A stretch of 64,000 nucleotides of DNA from Octopus sinensis. Lineage: Eukaryota. The stretch lies in contig NC_043005.1 of the NCBI RefSeq assembly GCF_006345805.1, forward strand, positions 66,402,001 to 66,466,000, read 5' to 3'. Of this stretch, positions 52,101-64,000 are shown piece by piece. The first letter of the stretch is position 1. Each line of letters opens with the position of its first letter. The notes under the pieces were generated by a model. The model saw only the letters and a list, made by a program, of their open reading frames with translations, ran no database searches and had not been told where the DNA came from. The translations under genes and the position numbers were made by a program.

Positions 52101-53531
52101 GTATGAGTATGCATTACAATATCCATTGATTTGGAGGCGGTTTTTAAAACTTCTGATCGTCTGCAAAACTTCTGATCGACTAAATCTGAAAATAATCGAC
52201 GTGCAGATAGAAAGAAGACGCTACACGCTTCACATACGATAATCAATTGACTCTTTTCATTGTTGCATAGGATTAGATAAATACGTAACGCGTGTCCGAT
52301 GGTTTTAAATAGGGATAACATTCTTCTTTTTACGTTCCGACTGTTCGTAATACTAAATAGGAGAAAAAAAAACTGTAGCAGTGTAATTGATACTATCATT
52401 CTTGATTTTCGTTATTTTTTATTCCATTATTCCGGCTTTCACTCTGAATATGACAAAAAGACATAAGTTTTAGTCTATTGTAGGAATATGGTGAGTATTT
52501 TCATGGTAATATGACAACTACTCCACATAACGAGATACTGCCTTTATGTACGTATATGTACCGCTATATAGCAAGAGCAGTGTACACGAATATGTACGTA
52601 TTTGTGCCCACTTATGTGTGTGTGTATGCTTGAGAATGTGCATGTATTGTGTATGTAAAATTCAGTCTGCAACTGACAGCCGTAAAGAGTGAGAGGAATA
52701 TTGTTGTGTCTCCAACGACATTAAGGGTTTTTTTTTTTTTTTTTTGCTTTTTGGGTTTTTTTTTCCATAAGTAAATGTATGGACAAGCACGTTGATTGTC
52801 TACTTCACTGCTCACACAAGTTGCAACAATTATATATATATGCATATAAAAAATAGATATATACACGTATATACATACATACATATATGTGCGTGTGTGT
52901 TCCTGCGCATATATATATAAATATAAATGCCCATGTAAATATATATATGTGTGTGTGTGTGTGCACATATGCATATAAAATATATAAATATATGTGTCTA
53001 TATGTGTGTGTGTATGTGCATATGTATGTGAGTGACAAGACAGAATGTGGGGGAGTGTTTGAGTTGGAGATTTGCGACTGGGAAATAAAGGGGGATAAAT
53101 TGAACTCTCATTTTTATGTTTTACTTCATCTCTCTAAATAGTATTTTTTCGTCACTCTTGAATACTTGAATTTGCTATCATTATCATACACTTAAAGCTG
53201 TGTACGTGTGTTCAACTATGTGTATACCGTTCAACTATGTGTATGTGTATATAATGTGGACGTTATTTCTCACTAGTACTACATCTACCTATTTCATGTG
53301 CACCGTCGTCATTAACTGCATCCACTCTGCCATTTTCATTACTATATCCACTATCCTTGCCACCATCAATAAATATATCAAAAAGCCACCATCATCGCTA
53401 CCTTCGTCAGAATCCTCATCACTACAACCTCTATATCCATCACGATAGCACATAATTACAACCACTCAGTCGTCATCTTTACATCCACTGTACTAACCCT
53501 ATAACTAGCCACATCCACCGCCACCACCATC

Positions 53532-53575
<44 letters not shown>

Positions 53576-53974
53576 AAAACTGCCGGGGCTATCGCCAAAA
53601 CTGTCATTCGCAGCATTATCAGTCATAACATGAACCACAATAACTCTTATTATCTCCAATAATATCAAAACCATTAACATTATCTCCACACTATCACCCA
53701 TATTAATATTCATATACTAAATGCACTTCGACTACGTCTGACAGTCAAATCACTAGCCTAGCCATAGTGATACCAATCATCAGCAGAACATTTACTGAAT
53801 TACTTCATTTAATAGGACTGCCTCAATTTTAAGGTTTCTCCATCACCATCACCACCACCTCCACTTCTTCGGCCCTTAGGTGGCCTTCAGTACCACATAT
53901 ATAGCAACTCAACCTTCCCCTCCGTAAACTCATGCGTCTGCGGCTAACAAAAATAAGACAATACTAATAATTGC

Positions 53975-54290
53975 TTAAAATTTTGGCACAAGGCCAGCAG
54001 CTTTAGGGGGAGGAAGTAGTCGATTACATCGATTTCAGTGCTCAACTAGTACTTATTTTATCGACCCGGAAAGGACGAAAGATAAAGTTGAACTTCGCAG
54101 TATTTGAACTCAGAACGTAAAGAGTCGGAGAAAATGCGGCTAAGTATTTTCTCTGAGACACCAACGATTCTAAGAGCACGCTACCTTTACAATATTAATA
54201 ATAAACCTTTCTACTATAGGCACATAGCCAGAAACTATGTTATGGGGAGGGTGAGTTGATAGCATCAACTCCATTGCTCATGTGGTACTT
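53975..54290 (-). mobile_element. SINE family B plus adjacent 3' fragment
   Basis: GGCACAAGGCCAGCA tail, TTTATCGACCC, TTTGAACTCAGAAC. Confidence 0.75.
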
Positions 54291-54323
54291 GTTTCGCAAT
54301 GATAATAATAATAATAATAATAT

Positions 54324-54791
54324 TATAAAAGATGGGCTACAGCAAATATTCTGCTCAATACCACAGATTTGCTTGTCAGTTGTTTGACCTTCACCAGTTG
54401 AGCATATCCCGTAGTGGCTGATAATATGCGCATCTCTGACTATGAGCAGAAGTAGTGGGGGAGCATCATAGTCGTGTGTTGAAAGGAATTCTTGGAGGTT
54501 TGGATAATACACCTTTGGAAACATGGGTTGTTCGTTCAACATCCTTAAACAACCCTTATTCAGAGACCTTTTGAGCGGGATGGGTTACTCGACCAGAAGA
54601 AAATTCTAACTGGGCCCCACCTGCAAGGTCATGTGCTGTTTATCTTGATATGAGATCACCATGTCGCGCACATATGGTTTTGATGCATGCGCCTAGTGTA
54701 CCCTTATCTGACGGGTAGTCATGATGGGTGTACTGGGTTTCGTATATTTTACCCCAGTGTCACTTTGATGGCATGCACTACTCTTTCACTC
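54324..54791. mobile_element. Non-coding 470-bp insert inside a (TAA)n array
   Basis: GC-richer block bounded on both sides by (TAA)n (54302-54320 and 54792-54816); no convincing ORF. Confidence 0.5.
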
Positions 54792-56699
54792 AATAATAAT
54801 AATAATAATAATAATACTCTTTGTATTTCTTCGAGCATTTGTAAACAACTGCTCCATGAAATACAAAAATAAAATGTCCATTAATGAAGGGACTTACAAA
54901 ACGCGTGGATTTGGACAAAAATATTGTTCAAATATGATGGGTGAGATAAAAGAATTGTACACCTATATTGAGGATAAATTAAAAAATTATAAAATAAATG
55001 GTTAAGCAGAAATAATTAAAAGTATAAGACAGACATTAATTGAAGCAAAATACAAAAAACAAATTTAAGAATGAAAAAGTTGTTTTTGTTATATTCTACC
55101 CTCGGGGAAGAAACCACCGGCTAGTATAGGTCAGAGCAACCACCATCATTACTCACCCGCCATTTCATATACTGCTGTCTGTGCACTCAAAAAGGTGCTT
55201 TAACAGTTTTTTTAGTTGGTTGGGGTAGAAAACAAGCTATGTCATCTAGATATGTCTACTTCATTTCATTGTAATATTTTTGTAATACTTTAACAGAGAA
55301 TATGTCAGTGCATAACTTTTGTATTCCAACCCTGATTACCCACATCACAGATACGTGAATTTGGACGTTGATTTAATCTTCGAAGGACATCAGTGTTGTT
55401 TTGATGGGTTTGTTTCTCCTTACCACTTCTTGTTGTCTTTTCTTGCTGTTCATTGTCCTTTTTTATGACTTATTAACCATCATTTTTTCTGTTTATATTT
55501 CCTTTAAAACATTGGATATTTCCCAATGCTACTATTATCTCTCTTGGTCCCATAACGATGGAGTGATGTTTCTGGTTACTACCGTTAGCGGGTGGTATGT
55601 GTGCTCGCTTGTTTCCATGACAGGGCTTGAAATAACCACCTCCACCATTCTAGAAAACTGTAACCGTTTGTGCTCTGGAAAATGAGGCTTGCCGCTAAGT
55701 AATCTTCGCTGTTTTCCTATCGTGTTTGCTTTCCTACGCTTTTCAGTTCCTCAGGAAAAATGTTTTCATGTATTTATTAATACTACACAAGTAACAACAA
55801 GGCCTTTGGCTTTGCATCATCAGTTTCATACCCTTTGTGTTATTTCTCTAGACTGGTTACAAATTCAGTTTGGCCTTGTGACAATTGAGAGTTATAGGAC
55901 TTGCAGATCCATTTTTATTCCACCCTTATCAATTGTCACATTCATTATTTCCATTTCAGTTACCCACCCACATTGAAATACAAAAGTGATGGCTGCCTAG
56001 TTTCGGTATTCGTTGCTTTGAATGCCGTCAGTCGCCACTCTTGTACTTCTCTATTCTATATATTGGAACATAAATGTGGTAAATCTAGTGTATCTTCGGA
56101 CTTGAAATAGCAACAGATGATACCAGACCGTTTCCCTTTCGGTGCATCTTGTAACTATTGCTTCGGTGATAACTGGAAACCGTTCTCATCCTTATTAAAA
56201 CATAGATACAGTATTATTTCTTTGATCTCTCTCTTAGATTAGATCTTATAACAAAAGGACGTTGAGTGGTTTTATAAAATTATTTCAATTATTTCTTTAT
56301 TCTGAGACTTGTGTTAAACCAAAAATTCTGTTTGTGTCAAAACAAATGCAAAACTAGCGTCATCAACACTACTGTCTCTGCACAAGTGTGGTTGTTGGTG
56401 TTATTTTTTCTACTATTAATTGCTCATTAAAAGGTCATTAACATCTTTTTATACAATCTCTGATGTAAATTGTTTTTGCATTTTTTTTTTTTTGCTTTCT
56501 ATACTCGGCGTATTTGGGAGATACTTTGAACAAGAATAGTTGTTAAAATGTGCTTAAAACAAAATTTATTGGGTAAACCGAGGGGTTGGAGCCAGACTAT
56601 AACTTGATAACTATATATGGGTGCATGGTTGTATAATATACATACCTCTCTCTTTCTCTCTTTGTGTATATATATATACAAAATTTTTAAAAATTTTCT

Positions 56700-56888
56700 C
56701 CTGTTTACGGAATTGATCTTTATTTGCGGTTGAAGCTTTGGCTGTTATTTCTAGTGGGTGAATGGCCTATTATGGCCGTTCCTTGATTGTTGATGTTGAA
56801 CTTAAAAATGGTCTACGACTATTTAATTTTTTCCCACTAGGCCGCTGGTGGCAAAAAGGAATTCTACAAAATTTTTTTCACCACCCTA
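56700..56888 (-). mobile_element. Possible Tc1/mariner-type terminal fragment
   Basis: Minus strand begins TA|TAGGGTGGTGAAAAAATTTTG next to a TA array; terminus only. Confidence 0.3.
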
Positions 56889-56899
56889 TATTGATTAAT

Positions 56900-56932
<33 letters not shown>

Positions 56933-57041
56933 CTATATATATTTATGTGTGTATACATAAATGTAATATAATATATATATTATATCTACACACACATATA
57001 TATAAGTATATATATATTTATATATGTATATATGTATGTAT

Positions 57042-57105
<64 letters not shown>

Positions 57106-57190
57106 TGGTACGTGCTTGTAAGACTCGTCTCCAATTTGTTCGGCGTTATAACGATTCTACCAGCCTGCTACTTTAACCTGCCTTGATATT

Positions 57191-57532
57191 CGTGTGTGAC
57201 CCCCTTCGGTCAGACACTGACCATGGGTTTGCACCTAGAGAGTTACTCTCTGAGGCACAAGTCTGGGCAAGGTTGTTTCATGGAAGACCAGCAGTCGCCC
57301 ATGCATACAGGCCTCCCCTCTCCACGTCACCGATGTTGCCCAAGGGAAAGGCAAGGGTCAATACAGCTTGGCACCTGTGACGTCGCAACTCATTTCTACA
57401 GCTGAGTGAACTGGAGCAACGTGAAATAAAGTGTCTTGCTCAAGAACACAACACGCAGCCCGGTCCGGGATTCGAGCTCACAACCTTACGATCGTAAGCT
57501 CGACGCTCTAACCACTGAGCCACGCGCCTTCA
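57191..57532 (-). mobile_element. tRNA-derived SINE family C, full length
   Basis: Head GGCGCGTGGCTCAGTGGTTAGAGCGTC...GAGCTCGAATCCC, then TTCTTGAGCAAGACACTT. 9-bp TSD CTTGATATT. Confidence 0.9.
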
Positions 57533-58224
57533 CTTGATATTATTAAAGAAATATATTAAGATGACGTTTCAATATGCCGATGCTTTAGCGTGGCCTTGTC
57601 AGTGATGGCTAAAAGGAGTTAAAAATCTAGAGAAATGAATAATTGGATTGAAGAAATGAGGCACCACAAAATAGAAAGAATGAATTTTAATATACATCGT
57701 AAAGTCTTCGTACAGCCGTTGTACTAGAGCCTTGTTGTCACCCAATGGCTGGTACCAGTAAAATACTAAAAAAATGAAATGGTGAAACGGAAAATGATAT
57801 AATAAAGAAATTCACTAACACGAAGTTAACAAGAAAGAAAGCAAGATAAAATTTATAAAAAGAATGCGAAGAAAGCTAGAAAGAAAGAACGAAGAAAAAA
57901 GAATGGGAAACAATAGTGCGTTAAAGGAAAAGTACAGGGGAAAAGATTTTTAAAAAAAAATTTGCAAAGACAAAAAAAAACAGTTAGAAAAATTAAAACA
58001 ACTGACCATTCCTTCCGGTTCTATTCACTGATTATCTCTTCTTAATATTTAATCAATCAGTTTGAAAAATTACAATTTCATTCCGTATTTTAACAATTTT
58101 AGTGAAGACATTGGAAGAAGTTACTTTTGGTGATAAAAACATCTGTGTATCCACCATTTCTATTTAGTATTATTATTCGTCTTTTATGTTGAAAAATTCT
58201 ATTTCAGGTTAGCTGTGTAGTACC

Positions 58225-58255
<31 letters not shown>

Positions 58256-59095
58256 CTTCTTCTTCTTCTTCTTTTCCTTCTTCTTCTTTTCTTCTCCCCC
58301 CTCCTCCTTCTTCTTCCTTCTTCTTCTTCCTTCTTCTTCTTCTTCTTCTTCGTTTCCTTCTTCTTCTTTTCTTATCCCCCCTCCTCCTCCTCCTCCTTCT
58401 TCTTCTTCTTCGTTTCCTTCTTCTTCTTTTCTTCTCCCCCCTCATCCTCCTCCTCCTTCTTCTTCTTCTTCATCTTCTTCTCCTCCTCCTTCTTTTTCTT
58501 CTCTCCCCCTCTTCCTCCTCCTTCTTCTTCTTCTTCTCCTCCTCTTTCTTCTTCTTCTTTTCTTTCTTCTTCTTCTTTTCTTTCTTCTTCTTCTTTTCCT
58601 TCTTCTTTTTCTTCTCCCCTCCTCCTCCTCCTCCTTCTTCTTCTTCTTCTTCTTCTCCTCCTCCTTTTTCTTCTCTCCTCCTCCTCCTCCTCCTCCTCCT
58701 TCTTCTTATTCTGCTTCTCCTCCTCCTTTCTTCTTCTTCTTCTCTCCTCTCCTCCTTCTTCTTCTTTTCTTCTTCCTCTTTTCCTTCTTCTTTTTCTCCT
58801 CCTCCTCCTCCTCCTTCTTCTTCTTCTTCTTTTCCTTCTTCTTTTCCTTCTTCTTCTTTTTCTCCTCCTTCTCCTCCTCCTCCTCCTCCTCCTTCTTCTT
58901 TTCCTTCTTCTTCTTTTTCTCCTCCTTCTCCTCCCCTCCTCCTCCTCCTCCTCCTCCTCTTCCTTCTTCTTCTTCTTTTCTTCTCCTCCTTCTCCTCCTC
59001 CTCCTCCTCCTTCTTCGTCTTCTTCTTCTTCTTCTTCTCCTCCTCCTCCACCCTTCCTCTTCTTCTTCTTCTTTCTTCTTCTTCGTCTTCTACTT
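58225..59095. repeat. 870-bp polypyrimidine (TTC/TCC)n tract
   Basis: Almost purine-free on the plus strand, with internal block duplications. Confidence 0.95.
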
Positions 59096-59494
59096 TTTCT
59101 TGTAGCTTTCCAAGCTACATTCGTTACGTCAAGCCTAAGCCACTTTTACCAGTCCTTCATCCCCACAATTTGACCCTATATTTTTTCTGCAATCGTCGGC
59201 TTGTAGCTACTCGGTAAGAATAAAAGCCTCGCCAATTTACGTCTCAGGGTGTCAGCGAAAATTATGATTGCGATTCTTTTCTCCGGACCCATGGTACTAA
59301 ATAATGATAATGATGATGATGCGAACGTTGTTACCTATGACAACGTAAGAGGCAGCGTTTCAGAAACTTGATCACTAAATCTTATGGTACAGTTGATACT
59401 GTCTGAATCAGCGAGAGCCAAGTTAGTGCAGGCTGTGATGGTGCCATCTAGGAACTTCCAATCCGAGAGATGAAAATTCTACGAAGTCAACAAT

Positions 59495-59860
59495 CGGGCA
59501 ACTTCGCTAAATTTGGTCAGCGATTTCGAGGGAGAGGGTAAGCCGATTTCATTGACTCTATTACTCAACTAGTGCACATTTTATCCACCCCGAAATAGTG
59601 ACAGGCAAGGTCGACCTTGGCGGAATTTTAACTCAGAAGGTAAAGATGGACGAAATGCCGCCAAGCATTTTGCTCAGCGTCTCCCTTATTCTGGTAAGTA
59701 ATATCAAAGGAGCAAGTAAGCCGGTGAGCTGGCAGAATCGTTAGCACGCTGGGTAAAAATGCATAGCAGCATTTCTTCCCACTTTTACATTCTGAGTTCA
59801 AATGTCGCCGGAGTAGGCTTTGCCTTTCCTCCTTTCCGGGTCGATAAAACAAGTATCAGT
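59495..59860. mobile_element. Two family B SINEs head to head
   Basis: Minus copy about 59495-59680 and plus copy about 59718-59860 (GGTGAGCTGGCAGAATCGTTAGC head). Confidence 0.75.
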
Positions 59861-61129
59861 TGGGTTTGGCGAGTATAGGTGCTGCGTCTGATACGCAACA
59901 TTTGAAAGTGTTTGGCACTGTCAGAATATTTCCCCCTGAATTGACCTGATGTGTTTTCGCATTTGGTGCGGATCTCTAATTTGTCGAGTGACTGTTGAGT
60001 GAAGGATGACTATTCTGCAGGACTTTTGCTGAGTATATGAAATGTGGAGTTACATGCAAATCACGCTACAAAAACAACCTTAACGGAGCCTTTTTATTTC
60101 AGGAACAGTGTATTGAATGAGTAAAAACAAAGAGAAACAGGTAACAATCATCTTAGAAAGGAAACGAAATAACAGCGATTTTAACAAAATTGTGGTTTTG
60201 AGTAGAAGTGTTATAATTTACCATCAGAAAGTCATGAACATCACAATATCCTATCTTCTGAAACTAGAAATATCAAATGTCGTGACTACCTAGAAAGCAT
60301 TATTAAATGCGTCTAATCTTAAAGTCAATATTGACTATTGTAGACAGAGTAAAAATAAAAACAAATACAATATGTAGTGAATATGAAAGTTTTAATATTC
60401 TCTCCACACTGAATATGGATGAATTTTTCAGTTTAAGAGCTGGAAAGCATCCGGTGAACAAATTAAAACAGGAAACCAAGAAAGCGAAAACTTGAAAATA
60501 GAAGTGAGAGGAGAATCTGGGGAAGAGAAACGGAAAAAAAATAGAAATATTAATAGAACTGGCGAAATTGTTAAAAAGGAAGAAAATATGATACATACAT
60601 TTTATACGTGAATGCCTGTCTAGGTGTGTGCATGTAAGTATGCATGTTTGTTGAACATTATTGTCAGTTTTGATGAGAGAAAACTAATAACGAATATCGA
60701 GTCTTTCAACCGCTTTACACCATAACAACCTCAACTCTTATTTTATTGCATCTCATTTAAGATTTTTTAAAAGCAGAATACAGACAACATATGCCGAACT
60801 ACATTCCCTATTACAGTCTTCCCTTACACTTGACTAAAACAGTTCTTGCATATTTCATGAGAATTCATTGAATATTTTTAGCACAAATCTGTTTCATTTT
60901 TCATGACTATGAACTTCAAGATGGTTGGATAAAAAGCAATAGCAGCTAAATTCCCAAATCACTTACTAAAATGAAAATATATAAATTAGCCTTAAAGTTG
61001 ATATGAATATAATACATTTATAAAATCTGGTACTCTTATAATTAAAATAACGCAGGTTACATTTTGGAGCTCTATTATAATGGGAAGAAAATTTATTGGT
61101 TTTACATTTTTAGGTATTTCTATCGAGCA

Positions 61130-61445
61130 TAAGTAAAGATGAACCTGTTCTTAATGAAATTTCGATGCAATATAAAGGGCATAATTGAAATTATTATGTA
61201 CAAGTGAAATTTTGCAACACCACTACATCACATATGAAAAATGACGTCGCTTAAATGGCAGCCATTTTCGGCTTCGTACACCCGTTCTCTTTCGTAAACT
61301 TCCCCCATAACATTCTGATGAGTTTCATACCCCACTTTTCTGATTTCTCTATTGATATTGTCCATCAGTTGGACCAGGGTCTCCGGTTTGTAGACGTAAA
61401 TGCTCTCTTTCAGATATCCCCACAAAAAAAGATATGGGATAGTCA
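61130..61445 (-). mobile_element. Second 3' half of the same Tc1/mariner family, inverted
   Basis: FLWGYLKESIYVYKPETLVQL...NGCHLSDVIFHM, with 3' UTR homologous to 61790-61860. Confidence 0.8.
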
Positions 61446-61449
61446 AGTT

Positions 61450-61923
61450 ATTCTCTTTCCAAAATACTGCCGTAGCAACTGCATCGTTTCTCTTCCGGTA
61501 TGAGAAGTTGCCCCGTCCTACTAGAACCATGTGTGAGGTCTACTCTGAATGGCCTTTACGTTCCCCAGACTTTACTAGCCCGGAATTTTTCTTGTTGGGA
61601 TGCCTGAAAGAGAGGGTTTACGTCAACCCGGAGACCCTCGTGCAACTGAAGAACACCAATAGAGAAATCAGAGAAGTGGGGTCTGAAACTCTTGAGGGTC
61701 TTATGGTGGAAACTTTGGAAAGAGCACGGGTGTGCGAAACCAAAAATGGCTGCCATTTAAGCGATGTCATTTTAGATGTGATGTAGTGGTGTTGCAAAAT
61801 TTGACTTATACATATTTATTTCCATTACGTTCTTTATGTTGTATCAAAGTTTTATGCCCTTATTTGTAACGTTAAGTAAATTATTAAAAATTGAAACCCA
61901 TCCGTGACTTTTGGGACATCCTG
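61450..61923 (+). mobile_element. Tc1/mariner (maT/rosa-like) 3' half with TIR
   Basis: WPLRSPDFTSPEFFLLGCLKERVY...NGCHLSDVI. Ends ...TTTTGGGACATCCTG|TA. Confidence 0.85.
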
Positions 61924-61930
61924 TATATAA

Positions 61931-61964
<34 letters not shown>

Positions 61965-61971
<7 letters not shown>

Positions 61972-62859
61972 TAAACAGTAAAAATAATTGCAGACATAGA
62001 CAAGAACATGAAACACCACAGAGACGACACAAGAACCACAGGACGGGACATTCGAAGCCCTCAGTCATCAGTCAAGAACCAGATCATCTTAGCAATTTCG
62101 GCTGATTAATCTTGAGATTGCTCCGATTTGGGCAGCCCGCCAAGGGAAATCTAAGCCAAGCGCATTAGATCCCCTGGAAGAAAGCTTCGAATGTATACAA
62201 CACGAGGACGGAAAACGAACGAAGTACACGAAAAAAAATACAGAATACGTGACACCAATAAGAATACAAAAACGTAAAAACAATAACGGTAAAAATAAAA
62301 AACAAAACAAAACCAGGACGTAGGACAAGGGTCTTTCGACAGGACGAGTTGAGTTTAGGGCTGGCTTATGAAGTTGTGCCTAATGGCCGCAGGGAGACGA
62401 ACAAATACGTGTTGCTTCGGCGACTGCTGGAACGAAAAGAGCGCTCAACAGTGGCTAGCGGTCACGTGAGAACAAAAGACAGGAGAAAGGGACAGATGAA
62501 AAGAGAGAGAAGGTGGACGAGGGAGGAGAAGAAAGAGACAGATCGAGGGGACTGGAGGTGAGAGAGATAGAGAAACGTAGAGGGGGGGGGGAAGACGGAT
62601 GGAGAGGGAAAGAAAGGAAGGGGAATAAGGGAGGAGAGAGAGAGAGAGAGAAAGAGACAGATCAAGAGTCGTATCAATGCTAGAGAAAAAATATACTTAT
62701 CGTATAAGGACAATTGTGGATACGTAGCCGCCGATTATATAGGTAAACAGTAAAAATAATTACAGACATGGACAAGAACATGAAACACCACAGAGACGAC
62801 ACAAGAACCACAGGACGGGACATTCGAAGCCCTCAGTCATCAGTCAAGAACCAGATCAT

Positions 62860-62863
<4 letters not shown>
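61965..62863 (-). mobile_element. Non-coding element with 127-bp terminal direct repeats (PLE pseudo-LTR-like)
   Basis: 61965-62091 is repeated at 62737-62863 (offset 772, 2 mismatches). Flanked by (TA)n. Each repeat carries CUGAUGA...GAAUGUC on the minus strand. Confidence 0.7.
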
Positions 62864-62898
<35 letters not shown>

Positions 62899-62994
62899 AA
62901 ATTAGAGACAAAACCACTATTATGCAAATCAAACAAAGAAAGACTTAAGCCAATACATAAATAATTTATATAAATTAAAATTTAACAAATGAAT

Positions 62995-63046
62995 AACCAC
63001 TACGATCGTTTCGTGTCAGCACATCTTAGACATTCTTCGGGTGGTT
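62995..63046 (-). ncRNA. Type I hammerhead motif, U4C variant
   Basis: aaccac-CCGAAGA-a-UGUC(11 nt)GACA-c-GAAA-C-GAUC-GUA|gugguu. Perfect 6-bp stem I and palindromic ACGAUCGU stem III, within a roughly 195-bp segment (62890-63085) between TA arrays. Confidence 0.6.
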
Positions 63047-63083
63047 TCTAAACCTTCTTAGCGAGTTTTAAACTATGAATTCA

Positions 63084-63119
<36 letters not shown>

Positions 63120-63667
63120 CACATATGTATGTATGTGTGTGTGTGTGTGTGTGTGTGTATTGTTACATCTGTCTTTGTACGACGGGGCAATGGTTAACTA
63201 TGTGCGACTAGACAATCGTTCAACCCTGTTGAGAAATCTGCACAAATTCTTAGTTTGTTATTCGTTTTCACGTAAGCCGTCGGTATTGCTCAGTTTTCGT
63301 AGTCAATTTTTTTTTTTGATTATACAAAGACTTTCCAGTCTTTCCAGTTCTTTGTTAACCTGGTTATTGCCGCAAACGGCACGTTACGTTTGGGTCTAAA
63401 GGCCGGTGTTTATACCTTGCTTTACTGCGATCTTAGCTTTTGTTTTTGTACAGCAACCCAGTCGCACAGTTTTATTATCCTCTAAGAGTTGTTTCGTTAT
63501 AACGTCCATCCAGTATCAGTATAATTACTATATCAGCAGAAACATGACTATCAACATAGTCTACACGTACTCGCTCGATACCAGCCGTCGTCACTTTACT
63601 TATAGTCACTCCTCATTCCACTCGTCACGTGGGAGGGGTATACCATTATTACTAATTCCCTACAACA

Positions 63668-63735
<68 letters not shown>

Positions 63736-63848
63736 AATCTATCTATCTATCTTTCTTTTGTTTTTTGTTTTTTTCATCCCCCAAAAGAAAAGCTCTACCT
63801 TGTAACTTGTCCCATCTGTGTGCAGCCCTGTGTGGCCAATAAAGAAAC

Positions 63849-63910
<62 letters not shown>
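63668..63910. repeat. Two (TATC)n arrays
   Basis: At about 63668-63750 and 63850-63910. Confidence 0.95.
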
Positions 63911-63911
<1 letters not shown>

Positions 63912-64000
63912 ATTATTTATCTATTCGGTTAAGTAATTGAGATTCTAGTGAATTCTAAAGAATTCACATGAATATGGTCCTTAACTAGGATGCACCGGAT

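Noticed and set aside
59870-60050. Possible degenerate C2H2 zinc-finger exon
   Set aside because: Only a loose SFTQ...IRT resemblance, without correctly spaced Cys/His or a TGEKP linker.
62040-62080. CUGAUGA in the 127-bp terminal repeats as an active hammerhead
   Set aside because: GAAA is reduced to GAA-U and no stem I complement exists in type I, II or III arrangements.

Overview
Eukaryotic, AT-rich, microsatellite-saturated non-coding DNA. It is intergenic or deep intronic, and the SINE set and repeat landscape suggest an octopus-type cephalopod genome (inference). No intact protein-coding gene can be supported, and most listed ORFs are microsatellite artefacts. Recognisable content is mobile DNA: four tRNA-derived SINE families (several with clean TSDs), two CR1/L2-group LINE copies, four R4/Dong-type remnants, two RTE remnants, several Tc1/mariner relics, a non-autonomous Helitron and Penelope-like (PLE) non-autonomous pieces. 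The main discovery is a set of hammerhead-ribozyme (HHR) elements. The strongest is a 397-bp tandem unit at 10017-10721 with an intact type I hammerhead core in each copy, the architecture of a non-LTR retrozyme that could release a 397-nt circularisable RNA. There is also a foldback retro-element family with 12-14 bp TSDs and inverted variant hammerheads, plus three solo PLE-type hammerhead motifs. An unidentified, intronless decayed ORF lies at about 25.3-26.2 kb. All folds and alignments were done by eye, and boundaries of degraded elements are approximate.
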